From Zootoca vivipara (lineage: Eukaryota), in contig NC_083286.1 in NCBI RefSeq assembly GCF_963506605.1, forward strand, positions 30,876,001 through 30,940,000: 64,000 nucleotides of DNA. The letters run 5' to 3'. Below are positions 34,489 through 49,275 of this stretch, piece after piece. A program made the translations under genes and the position numbers. Position 1 is the stretch's first letter. Each line of letters begins with the position of its first letter. Below the pieces are notes generated by a model that had not been told where the DNA came from, did no database searches, and saw only the letters and a program-made list of their open reading frames with translations.

Positions 34489-37400
34489 AGAAGAAATACC
34501 ATGGCAGTTCACAAACAAATAAAAGTCAACAGCAAAATAACAAGAATAAAACTAGTTTATAAAAGTATAACTGCCCGCAATTAAAATTCATAGTAATACA
34601 ACTACATTAAAACACCCATAATTAAAATATATAATGAACCAGCCCATTAAAGCAGCATAACAGCTAAGGCAACAATTGAAGCTGGAGATTCAAGTCAGGA
34701 CATTAGGGCAATGTTTGTCTTCAAGAGCTGCCGGGATTTCAGTACTCTACCTTCAACTCCACTTCATTGGCTGTCACTGGTAGGGACAAGGAAATGCTTA
34801 TTTTAATGAGATCAGGACAGGCAGTGAGCCACACTGCATAATACATCAGGGGTATCCAACATCCAACATCAGGGGTATCCAACAGCCAGATGTTAAGATC
34901 TGCAACTCCCAGCATCCCATGCTGGTTGGGGTGATATGGGTGTCATTCTCGAAAACATCTGGCTGGCACCATACTAACCTTGTAATACAGAGTGGTCAGT
35001 TTGAAATGGAGTGTTTGTTTGAGGAACCTTCGTATGTTTCTTATAATTTGTAATTTGACCGTATAAATAGTTTTGGCACCTGGTTAGAGAACTTGCCTTC
35101 TTTGATCAATTTTGACAAGAGAATCCAGTTCTGTCCTGAATATCCAAACTTTGAACATTCTCCGGTGAGATTCCAAGATGCATTTTGGATAGGGAATGCC
35201 TTCTGGTACTAAATTATTCCAGCTGGAATATTTATAGACACTTTCAAAGTGGGATTGGAATCATACCATGGGTGCAAAAAATAAAAATAAGGATTGTGGG
35301 CTTAAGGCGGCCTCCAACCTCATGCATGGGCTTGCATTCTCTGTAAATGAACTGGAATGGGAAATAATTGTGTCAGGAAATGGTTAGGCTGTTATAGCAC
35401 ATTTAACATGCTGTGTACTGATTTATTTTACAATGCTTGTGCATATCCTGGTATATTGTCAAGATAGAAGCCGACTTTTATTGTTATGGCTGTCTGCGGT
35501 ACTGCATTTTGAAACAAGACACATGTGCCCTGCTTGTTTAAAAATGTTTCTTGATTAAAAAATGTGCCATACAGAAACTGACCACTTCAAAGGACACCTA
35601 AAATAAATTTCCAGTGAAGAAATATTTTCAAAAAGTAACATCTGGCTTTTTTTGGAATAGAAAACCATTACATTTATAACCACAAGCACCGATCTATAAA
35701 TGGCCCCGCAAACATTTTGTTTGTTTTGTTGACATTATAGCATTCCAACTTTATTGCATGTATACGTTTTGAATATTATGGGCTTTTAACACTTAAAAAA
35801 CTTAGAAGAGAACAAAATACTTTGTCATCCAAAGACAGTCAGATAAATCGCCTGTCTGAGTGAGAATGCAGTCATTTCAGAGTTCTGGATGGCTCAAGTG
35901 AAGCACAGAGATTTGGATATTGTCTCTGGCAAAAGGGAGTTATATTTTAAATAGGAATACAGCACATCTCACCCTGCTCAGTCTCCTGTTCAGGTTCTGA
36001 CTCCTGTCTCAGTCTCCTGTCTAGGTGAATAACTTCAATTGCTTCTGCTCTCCCTTTTAAGGCTCTTTATCTTTAAACTGGGTTTGGACCAGATATCCAG
36101 TCAAATACAGACCCCTTCCAATAGGAGATTGCCACACAGAGAACAGCACTTCAGACAGAAATCTTTCAGAATAAAGTAGATGTTCTGTATGCTAATGCTA
36201 GTGCTTTTTGCCCTGATTTGACTCCTGTAGTTCTTTTACACAAGGAGTTTTCCATTCAGTCTGGTTATGTTGCAATCAAGCAAGCTTGTGCTTGAAGGCC
36301 TGGCTACATATTGTTTTCTCTCTGAATCTCAACCCAACAGAGGAACACATGACCACCATAGGAAAAGATGCCTAGTTTTACTGAAGCTTGGACCTGGAAC
36401 TTGACATGAAGTATGAAGGTTCAGCAGTCCACCCACTAACTGATCCTGATTTTCTGACCCTTTGTTTCCATACAGATACAAGCTCACAATGGCCCACAGT
36501 TGGACCCAAAGTACAGGAGTCCCTGCCAATCTGCCTTCATAGTCAGGACGCAACCATAAACAGCTTTGGTTCCTTTCCAGCTTCTGAACTAAGGCAGTTT
36601 TGAAGAGAAGCCAGGACACATCGAAGGGAAAGTCAGAAACAAGAACGAAGCCAGTTGGCTCGATCAGGAATTGGGACACTCACAACTGGCAACTAGCATC
36701 TGGGCAATTAACGCCACACCTTCCAGCTGACAGCAATTTAATTACTGGAAGAGTGGCATATAAAACTGTCATCAGGCTGTCAAGCTGCAGTACGATGTTT
36801 TTCTTATCGATCATTTCAGCTGACAATGTAATATTGGGTCCTGTTTTCAAACCAATGGGCATATGTACAAGCTAGTAGAATGGATTCAGTATGGATTCAC
36901 AGCAAGGAGCTATGAGCAGTACCCACTGAACAGATAGCACTTTTCCAATGAAATATGGAGCAAGCATTCTAGGAGGGTAGCAGGAATGGAAGGGCTTCCT
37001 GGCCCCCAATAACCATTGCCACGCTTGGCAAAATCTATGAGCATAAGGTGTACTTTTGAAACTGAAGCAGACACTTGGCTAACACAACGGGCAAAATTCA
37101 GATCCCACAGTGAGGTATTGTAGTAGAAAACTATCTGCTACATTTCCATTATATCTACCCCAGCATGAAGACAGCTCAGTGGAGTAACAAGGTGAGGGTT
37201 CTTTGTCTGCTAATCGTCACTGGCATACAGACTCCTTGACACAATCATGGCATTTATTGAACAAGATCAAGGGCAGATTGAATTCAGCAGTCAACACACA
37301 GAAATTGTTCTCCAGTCAAGACATAAAATTGCCAATTTCTCTGTCCTAGCAGGGCTGCTTTGCCTCTAACAGGTACAGCAGACAGCTGGGTAATCAGCAC

Positions 37401-40400
37401 TTCTTTCCCCATTGTTCCGAGTAATGATACCATGCCCCCGCAGATGGTGTGCCACGCCCCCAGGATGCGTGCCACACCCCGGGGTGTGCACCAGCCCCAC
37501 CCCTGACTGCTCTCCGCCCCCCCCCCCCGGTGTTGGAGCATGAAGCTCCGCCACTGCGCACACATGAGGATTATGCTTCTGCTGCGATTATTTATTGAAA
37601 CCATGACCTTGATCTAAGGAGCTGCATTACGTGGAAAGTTGGGTTCTGCTGGGTGCCGTAATGGGCATTGCCAATTTTGGCCCATTCATTTTAGTGGGTT
37701 TGGAACTATGTTTGGGTGGGGATAGGAAGAAATTGGGAAAATGAGAACTGATGGGGTAAGGCATCAGAGAAGCTAGGGATTCTTTCCTGGTTCAGATTTT
37801 GATCTGAGCCAGTTTAGAATTTGAGGGCTCTAAAAACATCCCTCTCACTTGAAGTAGCTTTCTGTGAGCCCCTGAACTTTATTTCTGAGCTTGTCTAAAG
37901 AGAAATATTCTGGCTTCTCAGGTAACCATAACCATTCATTGAGAAAGGGAATCTTGGGAGCAGCACTTTGTTTGCATTTAGGATAGGAATGGTGGAAGTT
38001 TGTGCTCAGTTGCTTCTAGCTGGACCTGGGTATCTCCCTTAATCCTGTTCATGATCACAGTCATTTTCCAATTTAGCTAATGATGAATGCCATCTTACCT
38101 ACATCTTTACAGTCAATACTTGCTTTTAAGAAGTGTGCACTCTAAGAGTGTAAATAGGCACTCTGAATATTGCTGCATTGTATTGAGTACTCTGAAAATT
38201 GCTAGCACTTGAGAGAAATACATCTTTGAGCCATAAACTAAAATTCCATATGCAGCCATTTATTTTGCATCTGCTGAGCAATACCGATATGGCTTCATAC
38301 TGCATTACTGTTATAATAAACAAATGCCACGAGTCATATTTATGCTGCTGTCAGCAGTGCTATGCTAAAAGGATATTGTAAATTGCAGTTAATGACTTTG
38401 TCATTGTTGTCTAGTAAAATGATAAGTTTTCATTATGTACCATCACTAATCTCAAGTAGGGTGTTTTCCTTCCATATCTACGGTAGACGGTGAGTCATCA
38501 CTCCATCATCAGTTAACACAAAGCTCCAACACAGAAGAAGCTGCACTTTACCCCTTAAAGCAATTTCACACAAAAGTGGAAATCAATAAAAATTAATCAA
38601 AGGGACCACTAAAAATAGCACTTGCGCTGGGACATAAATTTATTCAGTTTATACTAAGACAGATATGATGGGACACATGTCTAATGAAGGATAGATAGGT
38701 TGAGAAAACTGGTAAAAACACTCCAGAGAAAAGTGGTTAGGGCGGGCAAGGTTTTGCAGACATATTTCAACATCCATGAGTTTAATGAGTTGGAGCCACA
38801 TCATATTACTTTGTCATTTTAAAGGCAATATATATACCCATCTGCCAAGTTAACTCTGGGTTGATTCCAACATGTTCACCCAGAGAGTAAGGTCTTTGGA
38901 ATACTGATGCCAGAGCTGAGAAATGCATCTGCCTTGTGTAGCTTGCTGACCCTGTGCTAAAGGGTTTGAAGACAGATGGCAAAGTTGTTGTTGTTGTTGT
39001 TGTTGTTGTTGTTAAGATTTATATACCACCCTTCATCCGAAGATCACATGGCAGTTTACACATACAAAATGAAACACAAAATACAAATAATAATAAGAAC
39101 AGCAATAACAAAAAGAACAGTAACAATGACAATAGCATGAAGAAGAAATTGATTACTGCTGAGTCTAATAGATAAGTACAATCAGCACTGTGTGTGTGTG
39201 TTTGTGTGTGTTTGTGTGTGTACACACACACACACACACACACACATACAGAAATCATTCTGAACTGCCCATGAATCATTTTTAATAAAGGGTGATTCAT
39301 ATAAATCTTAGATAAATAATCATTTCTCCAAATAAAATAAAAATAATGATGGAAGAAGCACAGGAAGAGGGCCGGCACAATCCGCATGTCATTGTCTGAA
39401 ATGAAGATGGTATCTTCCCCATTCTGTGTACAGATACCAACTAGACTGGTAGTTGAATCTTACTTTGCACATTGACATTGAGACAGTGTTATCCAGAACA
39501 CCTGAGAGCCACACTAACTTGAAGTAAGCTAAGTGGTATACACAGCTATGTGCTCCAGCACCTCACTGTCACTTCTTCAGCTTCAGCATCTGTGGCCCCC
39601 TCACCCTACCTAATAGTAGGGCCAGCCCTGCACAAAGACCTGCACATTTGGAACCTGACCTCCATGTGCACCAACTTCATATCTGACCCAAGTCTTCACA
39701 CTTTCAAAGAGCTTACTAAGCTAAGTTGGCAAAGAAAGAGGACTCTTCATGACCAATCTTGTGTTGTGCTTTATCCACTAACCATGTGGCAAAATGGTGG
39801 CTCGGTTTGGTTTTGTGACAGGATAGTAGATGCATATGAGCAATTGTCGTTGTATTGGGCTCCTTCAGGAGGGATATAAGTTCATTAAATAATTGTGTAC
39901 AATTTCCAGAGATAACCTTTCCAGAGATAACCTGTGCTTGTCCACCATTCAACTACTATTTCGCAAAGGGCCCAGTGTGGAAATGCACAAAATTTTGACA
40001 TCATGAAAATGATGAGGTGCAAAATAATTCTTGGAGGTACCTAATGAAGTAGTTCCACTAGCGCAAGGACTTCTGGCTCCCCATCCCTTTTCTCTCCCTG
40101 TGTGCCCACTCTGTTCTGGGGTTTCACCTCCCTCCAAAGAAGATTTGGGGATGGTGCTGGATACTCCCCAATACCTTTTAAAAGCCACATTTTACACCCC
40201 CCCCTTCTCCAAAATCACTTGCAAATTGCACGAGCGTAATTTTGTGATATTGGTTCCATTCCAGGGAAGGTTTGGAAAAATTAGACAAATTCCAATGAAA
40301 TCGATAGGACTGGAACATGTGTTTTGAAATATACCACTGATCCATTGCATGCAGTACTATAAAATCCAAAGGTTCTGTTGATCTAAAACAAATTATTTGT

Positions 40401-41478
40401 TTTCCTTCGAATAAATTTAAATGTGTGCTGAACTCCACACTGTAAGAAAAAGGGACTTGTATGTAGTTAATTCTGGTCAAATTTTGCCCTTAAATTCTTT
40501 TTCAAATGGAGTTGGAGAATAGTTTTAAAAATCTATTAATTTTATACCACCTTTTAGTAGACTCTCAGACCTACAGGTGCCAATCCTAAATACACATTCA
40601 AATTTACTTCTGAATAAACATGTCTGTGATGAATTTTGTAAAAGCTAGAGATCATTTGTAAAAGCTAGAGAAATTATCGTGCATTTGTATCTCCCAATCT
40701 ACCCACTTTAGCTGCATTTAAAATCTCAACACTGATTTTAACATCAGTAAATTTTCCTATGCAAGACCCTATCAAAGTACAATACCAGTTGCCAATAGTT
40801 ATATTTCTTTTAAATACCGGTATATGTGGCTTGATTTCATTTTCCGCTTCTCCAAATTTCATGATCCTTTCATCAGTACTGTATGTTCATTCTGATGAGA
40901 GAAGTCTCATTATAAGTTGAAATAAAACATGCTGCCACCAGGTGTCACTAGTAGCACATTGCTGTGTGTTACTATGATTACTCACAAAAATATTTCCTGT
41001 TTCCCCACAGTCAAAGCTATCTAGGCATTTATTTGGGAGACTTTTAAAGTGATCTTTTGTAATGTGGGAGATTCACTGGTGTGATGCACAGTTTTATTCG
41101 TAGGAATCGATAAGTAAAACTTAACTTGCTGTTTTCTAGCAGTTCCATGTCCATCCTAACCATACATCTTTGGGATAACCAGCCCATTGCTCCAAGCTCA
41201 GACCACATGGCTCTAGCAAGCCTTCATTGAGTTCCTGTACCAATAATTTTGGAACTTTCACCGCTGTAACTGAGCCAAATTTTACTGCCTGTGCAACTTT
41301 TTTTCTGAATGCTGTATGGAAAAGCACATTAATCTGACATTTGGAAAGTTTGTAAGTTAAACCATTTTTTTAACTTACCAGACGTATCATCTTTTTATGT
41401 TAGAGGAAAAGGGGAACTTTGGGAGGAACTTGGAAAGGCATATTTTAAAGGTCTAACATCCTATATTTCCACGCTTTA

Positions 41479-41837
41479 AAGGTAAAGGGTAAAGGGACCC
41501 CTGACCATTAGATCCAGTCGTGACCGACTCTGGGGTTGCGCACTCATCTCGCATTATTGGCCGAGGGAGCCGGCGTATAGCTTCCAGGTCATGTGGCCAG
41601 CATGACAAAGCCACTTCTGGCAAACCAGAGCAGCACATGGAAACGCCGTTTACCTTTCTGCTGTAGCGGTTCCTATTTATCTACTTGCATTTTGACGTGC
41701 TTTCGAACTGCTACGGTAGGTTGGCAGGAGCTGGGACCAAGCAACGGGAGCTCACCCCGTCACAGGGATTCGAACCGCCGACCTTCTGATCAGCAAGCCC
41801 TAGGCTCAGTGGTTTAACCACAGCGCCACCTGGGTCC
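41479..41837 (-). mobile_element. Sauria SINE, full length
   Basis: Near-identical to 2417; TSD cca(c/t)gcttta. Confidence 0.92.
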
Positions 41838-43886
41838 ATGCTTTACTTTGCTGCATAATTTGTGATTTTAAGTCTCTGCTGGGGTTTTCTCACCAAAGAG
41901 TGTTTGCCCCAAACCTGGATCTTGGCATCCAGGGATTTCTCCTTCTATACGTACATTTTTTTTTCCCTTGCCACCAACAGCATATTCAGAAGTCCCAGTG
42001 ACTTCCATGAGACTTCCATGGAAGAATCCTTAGGAGGTTGCACATTTATAATTTTTGCAACTATCTGAATCATCTTTGGTTTGTCCTCTTGAACTCTGAT
42101 GCTCATAACAGATTTTAATAACTTCAGCTCTACTAAGTAGTGCTATTAAACCCACAATAAAATATACACCCTTGAACATTACTATTTGCTCATGTTTATT
42201 TGCTTAGTTGAATCCACTCAACCCATCGCCACTAGATGCCAGTGTGACTCAAGGAATAAGGAAAGCTAACGAAATCATCTCAGAACAAGTTCTTTCGGCT
42301 CAGACAAATTGCTGCTCCACTATACCCTTTCAGCCAGGCACAACATCCATGCTGTTGATTTAAATACTTAAATTTTTAGCTGGAATACCTTTTGTATTTC
42401 TAGAAGTGTGCATGGAAGACCTCTCAAAATTCTCCACCCTGTTTTGTGTAAAGAATGTGGGTGAACCATTTATCCAGACAGCAGAGAAATTCTCCAACAG
42501 TTTCTTGGGGATTGTATCACTATTAGCAGTGGAACAAGCAAAGCTTTTTTTGGCCATCCTTTGTGTGTGGAGATACTTCAAAAGGCAGCCACAGCCACTG
42601 TGTTCGCAATCTGGCTACCATTTTGTATTTTTGTCCCAGGGCATTGTGGAGAGGAAATGGTAGCCACAGCCACAAAATAAATCTCAGAAATTTTCTCAGA
42701 AGAATATGTCTTATGAGAAATTTCAGCTCATCTCCATAGTAGACAGATGATCAGACAAAGGTTTCATCAAGAAAGCCCTTTTGCCTGCAGCACAGCGAAA
42801 TGTCCCCATTAACATGTCTGATTTTATGTAAGATGGCAAAGGTGCTAGCTTCTCACCATTCCCCCTTCCCATAAAAGAACAGCAGCTAATACATTTGCAG
42901 CAATATTCCCTGTCAGCTAGCTAACTGGCCTTTTAAATTTGTCAGTTAGGTAGCTGACAGGTTCCTATAAAGGACAAGATTTCAGAGTCTGGCAAAGATA
43001 TCTATCTCCTCACAGCACATCTAAGTACAGTTATGGAGTTCTTCTGACATGATTCCCTACACAGAGAAAAATAATGGGAATACATAGCAATAGCATTTAT
43101 CCTGTACTGTTGAGGAAATGTGTTAGAAGGAGGAAGAACATGGCTTAGGGTTTTGAAATTGCAAATCATTAGTTTCCTTAGCTAAGATGGTTATCGTACA
43201 AAGGGTCAAAAGATACAATAATTCTGCACCAAAAAAATGCAAAGGCAGTCATGTGTGTGGGGGGGACCCCACCACACACATAAAGCACAGTTTGACAATA
43301 CAGTATATTTGTTGGACCAAACCATGATCTACTCAAGGCAGAAATAAAAGCTTCTCTGCCCACATATAGTTTCCTTAACACTAATTTGTTTACAGATTCC
43401 AGAGCAACTTTTTGTCTCCTCTCCTCCATGAAGACGTTTATATAATCACTTGCCAAAATGCCCCAAAGAAAGTAAATAATAAATGACTTATTCAGATTTA
43501 CTGGGGATAAAGAGTTCTGCTCTGTGGAAGGAAAAACAGCAGCAGCAGGATGGAGGCTCACAGAACAACCCCAAAAGTTGAGCACAGGCAGAATAATCAG
43601 AAGCAATTGTTTTATGTCTATTGTGGGAAGCACAATGAAGGCTTCTCCATTGAACAGATCGGTCTCATTACAGGTCTGAGGCTGATCTGCTTGGAGAATG
43701 AATAAACTGAAGCATTCCAAGCAAAGAATGGATGATTTAATCTATGGTTTCTGCTGAAAATAGACAGTGGAAGGGGTGTGTCATGAAAAGTGTGAGCAGT
43801 GCACAACAATTTCAGTAGGGTAGCAGCCATTGTGCTATACAAGCATAGTGTTCATACAAGCATTTCTCTAGCAGGAGCAGATAAGA

Positions 43887-43889
<3 letters not shown>

Positions 43890-43958
<69 letters not shown>
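43890..43958. repeat. Compound (CT)n(GT)n microsatellite
   Basis: Direct reading. Confidence 0.95.
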
Positions 43959-43963
<5 letters not shown>

Positions 43964-45469
43964 AGAGTCACTTTGACACTTCTAAAGCTTAGAAATAATG
44001 TGGTGGTGGTGAGGAGGAAGAGGGGAGAAAATTTCGTGTGCAGGGGGCAGGAAAGGTAACTGAGCAGCGATTCCAGTTTTGGGAGTGGTGGATATGCAAA
44101 GACTGGTGAATGGCTGGGAACTGGCTAAAGTTGACCATGGTGATTCATGTCGTCAGGGCCAGCCCAAGACATTTGGATACCTGAGGAGGACCACAAAATG
44201 GCACCCTCCTTCCCTCCAGGGAAGTAGGAGTGAGTGAAGATCTACATCAGGAACAAGGGGGAATAAAGACCTACACCAGGAACAGGGGGCAGGGAATCAA
44301 ATCAACCTTACCCAATATTTGAAGTGGAAATCAAAGGCCATGGCAGGGAGGGAAAGGGATCCGCTCTGAAGCACACCAAGCGGGTGCAGAAGACCCCAGA
44401 GGGCAGACCCTGCCATTTCCTCCCTTGCGGTGAGAGGAGATCAGCAGTGCCCCCTGTTCACCAAGAGGCTGCTGTAGAGGTGGCATTGTGTGTGGCATGG
44501 GGTGGGGTGGGGCTGACAAGGAGATGACAGATCTAGCCTCCAAGGATTACAGCAAAGCTGTCATTGTCAGCAGTAGGCCGTGCAAACCTTGGAGGGTGGA
44601 TCTGCTGATCCTGGGGTTCCTGGGATCCTGGCAATATGCCATCCTGTGCAAGGTCAACGTTTGACACCCTTATGGCACTGGCTTAAGCTGCGCTTTGGCC
44701 TTTGGAAGGAAGTGTGAGGCTCTGGAAGGGTCCTAAAGCCCTCCTACCTCCTTCCCAAAGCCGGGGAAGCACTTAGTTGTGTGACCAGTGGAGCCACACC
44801 ATTCACACTGCCCTAAATCCTCCTCTGGTTTCAGCTTTCCCCTGCAGTGGGATTCCTTTCCCAGCCTGGCCTGACTCTTTCCTTCTCTTTATTGGCTTTG
44901 AACCCTGGTTCCACAGAAGCCTTTCTGTTCCCTCTGCAGGCATCCGGGCAAGGAAGCTATTTGGCACTTATTTTCTACTGCCTCTTCCTTCCCTTTGTGT
45001 TGTGCCATCAGAACGGTATAAAACGAATGGGAAAAGGCTGTACTCAGTGGCAGAGCACACACGTCGCTTATTTATCTTGCGAAATGCATGCCACGCAATA
45101 AAATCTCCGAGGGGTTTATTCAGGAACTCCATAAAAAGACAGCATCCTTCAATAAAGTTTCCTAAAAAAAAACTTGATAAAAATGAGATAAAAACAAAAT
45201 GCAGTTGTAGATCACAAATAAAACTGAGCAGTCTATAAAAAATAAGAATAAAATAAAATAAACATTAGGAGAGTCCAGGAAAGCTTGATTAAAAAAGCAC
45301 TTAAAGGTAATTACTTTCTTCACCTCACAAATTACGAAAGGGAGGGCATGCTATAGGATACTAAATCAGGAAGAAGGCCAGCTTCTGTGTTATCACAAAG
45401 GGCTCATCAAGACTTCCTTTTGCACCACACTTTCCAGGCACAGGTATGTACTATAAAGCTTTATATCTG

Positions 45470-45585
45470 AAGCAGAAGCTGGGACAAACTGGGAGCTCAC
45501 CCCATTGCGTGAATTCGAACCGCCAATCTTCCGATCGGCAAGCCCAAGAGGCGCAGTGGTTTAGACCACAGTGCCACCTGTATCC
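45470..45585 (-). mobile_element. Sauria SINE 5' fragment
   Basis: gggagctcacccc...ttcgaaccgcc...ccacagtgccacctg. Homologous to the head of the other copies. Confidence 0.8.
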
Positions 45586-47048
45586 TGCACTGTTTGTAGA
45601 ATGGCCACCAGGATTTCCTGAGAAGATCGTCAAGATCAGCTTGGTCTGTATCAGGGGAGGTTTCCAGAAAGCCCAACCTCAATTCTAAGCAGATGATTTG
45701 CGTTTTTGTACTTATTAAAAGCCATTTAATGGAGACGAATTCTCTCTCTCTTTTTTTTTTTAAAAAAGAAAACACTATAAAATGCATATTTTCAGATAGC
45801 ATCCATATAAATGTATGTTTTAGGTTAATATACTTTTAGAAGTGAACATGTTGAGGTAAAATATGTATTTAAATACAATGTGTGTGTATGCAGACTTTTG
45901 ATTTAAATTTCACCAATTAATCTGGAAATGGAATGGAACGGATTTATGAATGAATGCCCATGAAACTGACATGGACCCAAAATAGACTTACCTGCCCACC
46001 ACTAGTGAGAGGTCCATTGCAACTGGGACATCTTGTTTGTGGAACTTCCTACTTTTTTTTTAGGCATGGATTTGAAACTAACTTCTGATTTGTTTCCCTT
46101 AAGCCAGTGCTTGGAACAGAACACAGATCAGCAGTTTTGCCAGCTGATCTGCAAACCTTTCATTTGCAGAGTTCGACTGCTTACATTTTGAGAACAGCCT
46201 TTGCCGCAAATATTTTCGTTCTCGCTTTGTAGCCTAAAGCTGCTAAGGAAAGCTTCAAAGCCCAGCACCTGCCACATGCTCCAAGAAGCACCTGGGTTCC
46301 CTTCTCTGCATGCTGTGATAACAGCCAACCTCCACCATGCCCATAATTAAATAAAGCCAAACCAGAGGCCTAACTGTGCACTGTGCGTTAAGCATAACAT
46401 GCAGCTTGGTCATGTGTTTTTATCTTGTTAAATCTTGCCCTTTATGTGCTACCTACAAATTACCGGCATATCTGATGCAAGCCCGCTGTTCCTTCTTTAT
46501 CTTTAACTGGATGGAAGATATCTAGATAGGAATACTCTGAAAGACCCTTATAGGGTGAAAAAGATTTCACACCCCACCATAGAGGAATAGCATGTTCAGC
46601 AGTGACGGGTGAGGCGGTGCTGCTGGCATACATTCATCTCTTGGCTTCCCAACTGGTGCGTTCTGAAACAGAGGGCTGAAGCATGGGGATACCACCACTA
46701 TGCATGGCGGTGGAGCCGATCCAATGTTCCTTCTCTGCCGCACCAAACAGGGCCAAACTCTCAATGCCTTGCCCATCCGTTCTCCCTCTCAGTAAACACC
46801 AGTAGCCCGCTGTCTTGGACAGCCAGGAAAGTGCTGTTTTTAGATGTAAACAGGTCCTGAAAGATCTCTCTTGTGCTGAATAGCCTGCCTCACTGAAACC
46901 CTCCTACTTCAGAAAGGATCATTTTTTGTACACATTTTTGTACAGGTTGCTTTGCTGGAGAACTGCATTGCAAAACTTGGAGAAGTGTGAATTTTGGAAA
47001 ACAAGTGTGTTTTGGTTCATATATTGGTTTGAGAAGTGCAAATCGGTT

Positions 47049-48022
47049 TGTTGTTGTTTAGTCGTTCAGTCGTGTCCGACTCTTCGTGACCCCATGGACC
47101 AGAACACATCAGGCACTCCTGTCTTCCACTGCCTCCCGCAGTTTGATCAGACTCATGTTCGTAGCTTCGAGAACACTATCCAACCATCTCGTCCTCTGTC
47201 GTCCCCTTCTCCTTGTGCCCTCAGTCTTTCCCAACATCAGGGTCTTTTCCAGGGAGTCTTCTCTTCTTATGAGGTGGCCAAAGTATTGGAGCCTCAGCTT
47301 CAGGACCTGTCTTTCCAGTGAGCACTCAGGGCTGATTTCCTTAAGAATGGATAGGTTTGATCTTCTTGCAGTCCATGGGACTCTCAAGAGTCTCCTCCAG
47401 CACCATAATTCAAAAGCATCAATCCTTCGTCGATCAGCCTTCTTTATGGTGCAGCTCTCACTTCCATACATCACTCCTGGGAAAACCTTTGTTGGCAAGG
47501 TGATGTCTCTGCTTTTTAAGATGCCGTCTAGGTTTGTCATTGCTTTTCTCCCAAGAAGCAGGTATCTTTTAATTTCGTGACTGCTGTCACCATCTGCAGT
47601 GATCATGGAACCCTAGAAAGTAAAATCTCTCACTGCCTCCATTTCTTCCCCTTCTATTTGCCAGGAGTTTTTTTGATGTTAAGCTTCAGACCATATTTTG
47701 CGCTATTCTCTTTCACCCTCATTAAAAGGTTCTTTAATTCCTCCTCACTCTCTGCCATCAAGGTTGTGTCATCAGCACATCTGAGGTTGTTGATATTTCA
47801 TCCGGCAATCTTAATTCCGGTTTGGGATTCATCCAGTCCAGCCTTTCTCATGATGAATTCTGCATATACAGTAAGTTAAATAAGCAGGGAGACAATATAC
47901 AGCCTTGTCGTACTCCTTTCCCAATTTCCATACCCAGTTCTAACTGTAGCTTCTTGTCCTACATAGAGATTTCTCAAGAGACAGATGAGATTATCAGGCA
48001 CTCCCATTTCTTTAAGAACTTG
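47049..48022 (-). mobile_element. Bov-B LINE, 5'-truncated with internal deletions
   Basis: RT and C-terminal peptides (ITADGDSSHEIKR..., VLKEMGVPDNLICLLRNLY); 11-bp TSD gcaaatcggtt. Confidence 0.95.
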
Positions 48023-49140
48023 GCAAATCGGTTCGTTTCTCATTATAATGCAATATTGCTTTTCTTCCCCCATCCTCAGATGTGTAACATGATAATACCA
48101 CTAGGATGGTTTTTTGTGTGGTCTTTTTCAACATTTGTAGTCTTGCTCTACATTGGAACCATGCCTGTTTGTGCATTTGTTCCAATAACTCTTTTTAACA
48201 GACCTAAAAATGAATGCCCTCAAGAGTCCTGGCTCTCCTTTAAACAAATCCTTGAGACAAGAAGACAATTTTGACAGTCACAGAAAAGCTGGGCTTCATT
48301 TATTTCTTTATTGTCAAAATTATCACAAATCCCATTCCCGCTTAATTCCTGGTCTTGCTTAAGACAACGGTGACAGGGAAGAAAATTTGGAACTGACTAT
48401 CAAAGAACGATAGAACAGAAAAGCTCTTCAGTGAAGCAGTGCTCAGGAAACCCTGCAGTCACCCAGCTAAGTTCTGCTTTGACAGTCTCTTGGGAGTTTC
48501 TTTAAAAAGCTTTTAGTTTGATACAATTCTTATCACATAAAGCCAGGACAAAACAGCAACAGAAAGAGACAGAGCAGTTCCTTGAAGAGAAGCAGGCTGA
48601 GGAGAAACCAGCCCCTTCCCATTGAGAGAGAGAGAGAGAGAAAAAGAGCAGAGAAATTGCTTCTGTTTATTTTTATTTTTTTAAAGTTATGCTCCTTGAT
48701 TTCTGGTGAGCCTTTTCTTCTAGCCTGTACTATTCCATGCCCTGTTTGTTGTTAAATGGAAATGCATTCCCTTATCTAATAAAGAAGCCACATTGAATAG
48801 TGGCATTGAGGAATACCAAAACACCAAGCCGACATTTCTGAGAGTATCATGAAAGATTTACAGTTATTAAACTTACTTACAGCGCTTAAGAAGACTTCCA
48901 ATGGGAATCATACACAATAAAACAGTTCCATTTTATTTCCGTTTAGGACAGATAAACTAAGAACTGGCTCGTAAGATTACCTCTTTGTTATGCTACAGTA
49001 CAACATATCAGCTTAAACCAGGAGTGAGAACAACTCTGCTTCTGGGAAGCTTTTATTTGGTCTGAAGTTCCCTAGTTAGAATCACTGTTTCGTGTGTGCA
49101 TGTGGTGCTTTTTATCTATCTGCATCACCATGCATTTAAA

Positions 49141-49275
49141 CAGTGCTAATTTTCTAGACAAAGAGGTGCCTGAACTCCCCATGAATGTCTCCCTCTTTCT
49201 CTTAGAATGGCAATGGCACCCACCTGAGAGGTGCCAGAACTGAGTTCCAGTGAGTTTCCCTGGAAAAAAGCCCTG
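49141..49275. mobile_element. hAT MITE
   Basis: Ends cagtgctaattttctag / ctggaaaaaagccctg; 6/8 TSD catttaaa / cgtctaaa. Confidence 0.6.

Noticed and set aside
34183-34584. ORFs containing X runs
   Set aside because: They are artefacts of the N gap.
40891-40912. ctgatga-gagaagtctc as a third hammerhead
   Set aside because: There is no GAAA box after the stem and no stem I/III pairing.
43178-43720. 180-aa ORF
   Set aside because: No recognisable domain, splice context or coding-like composition.
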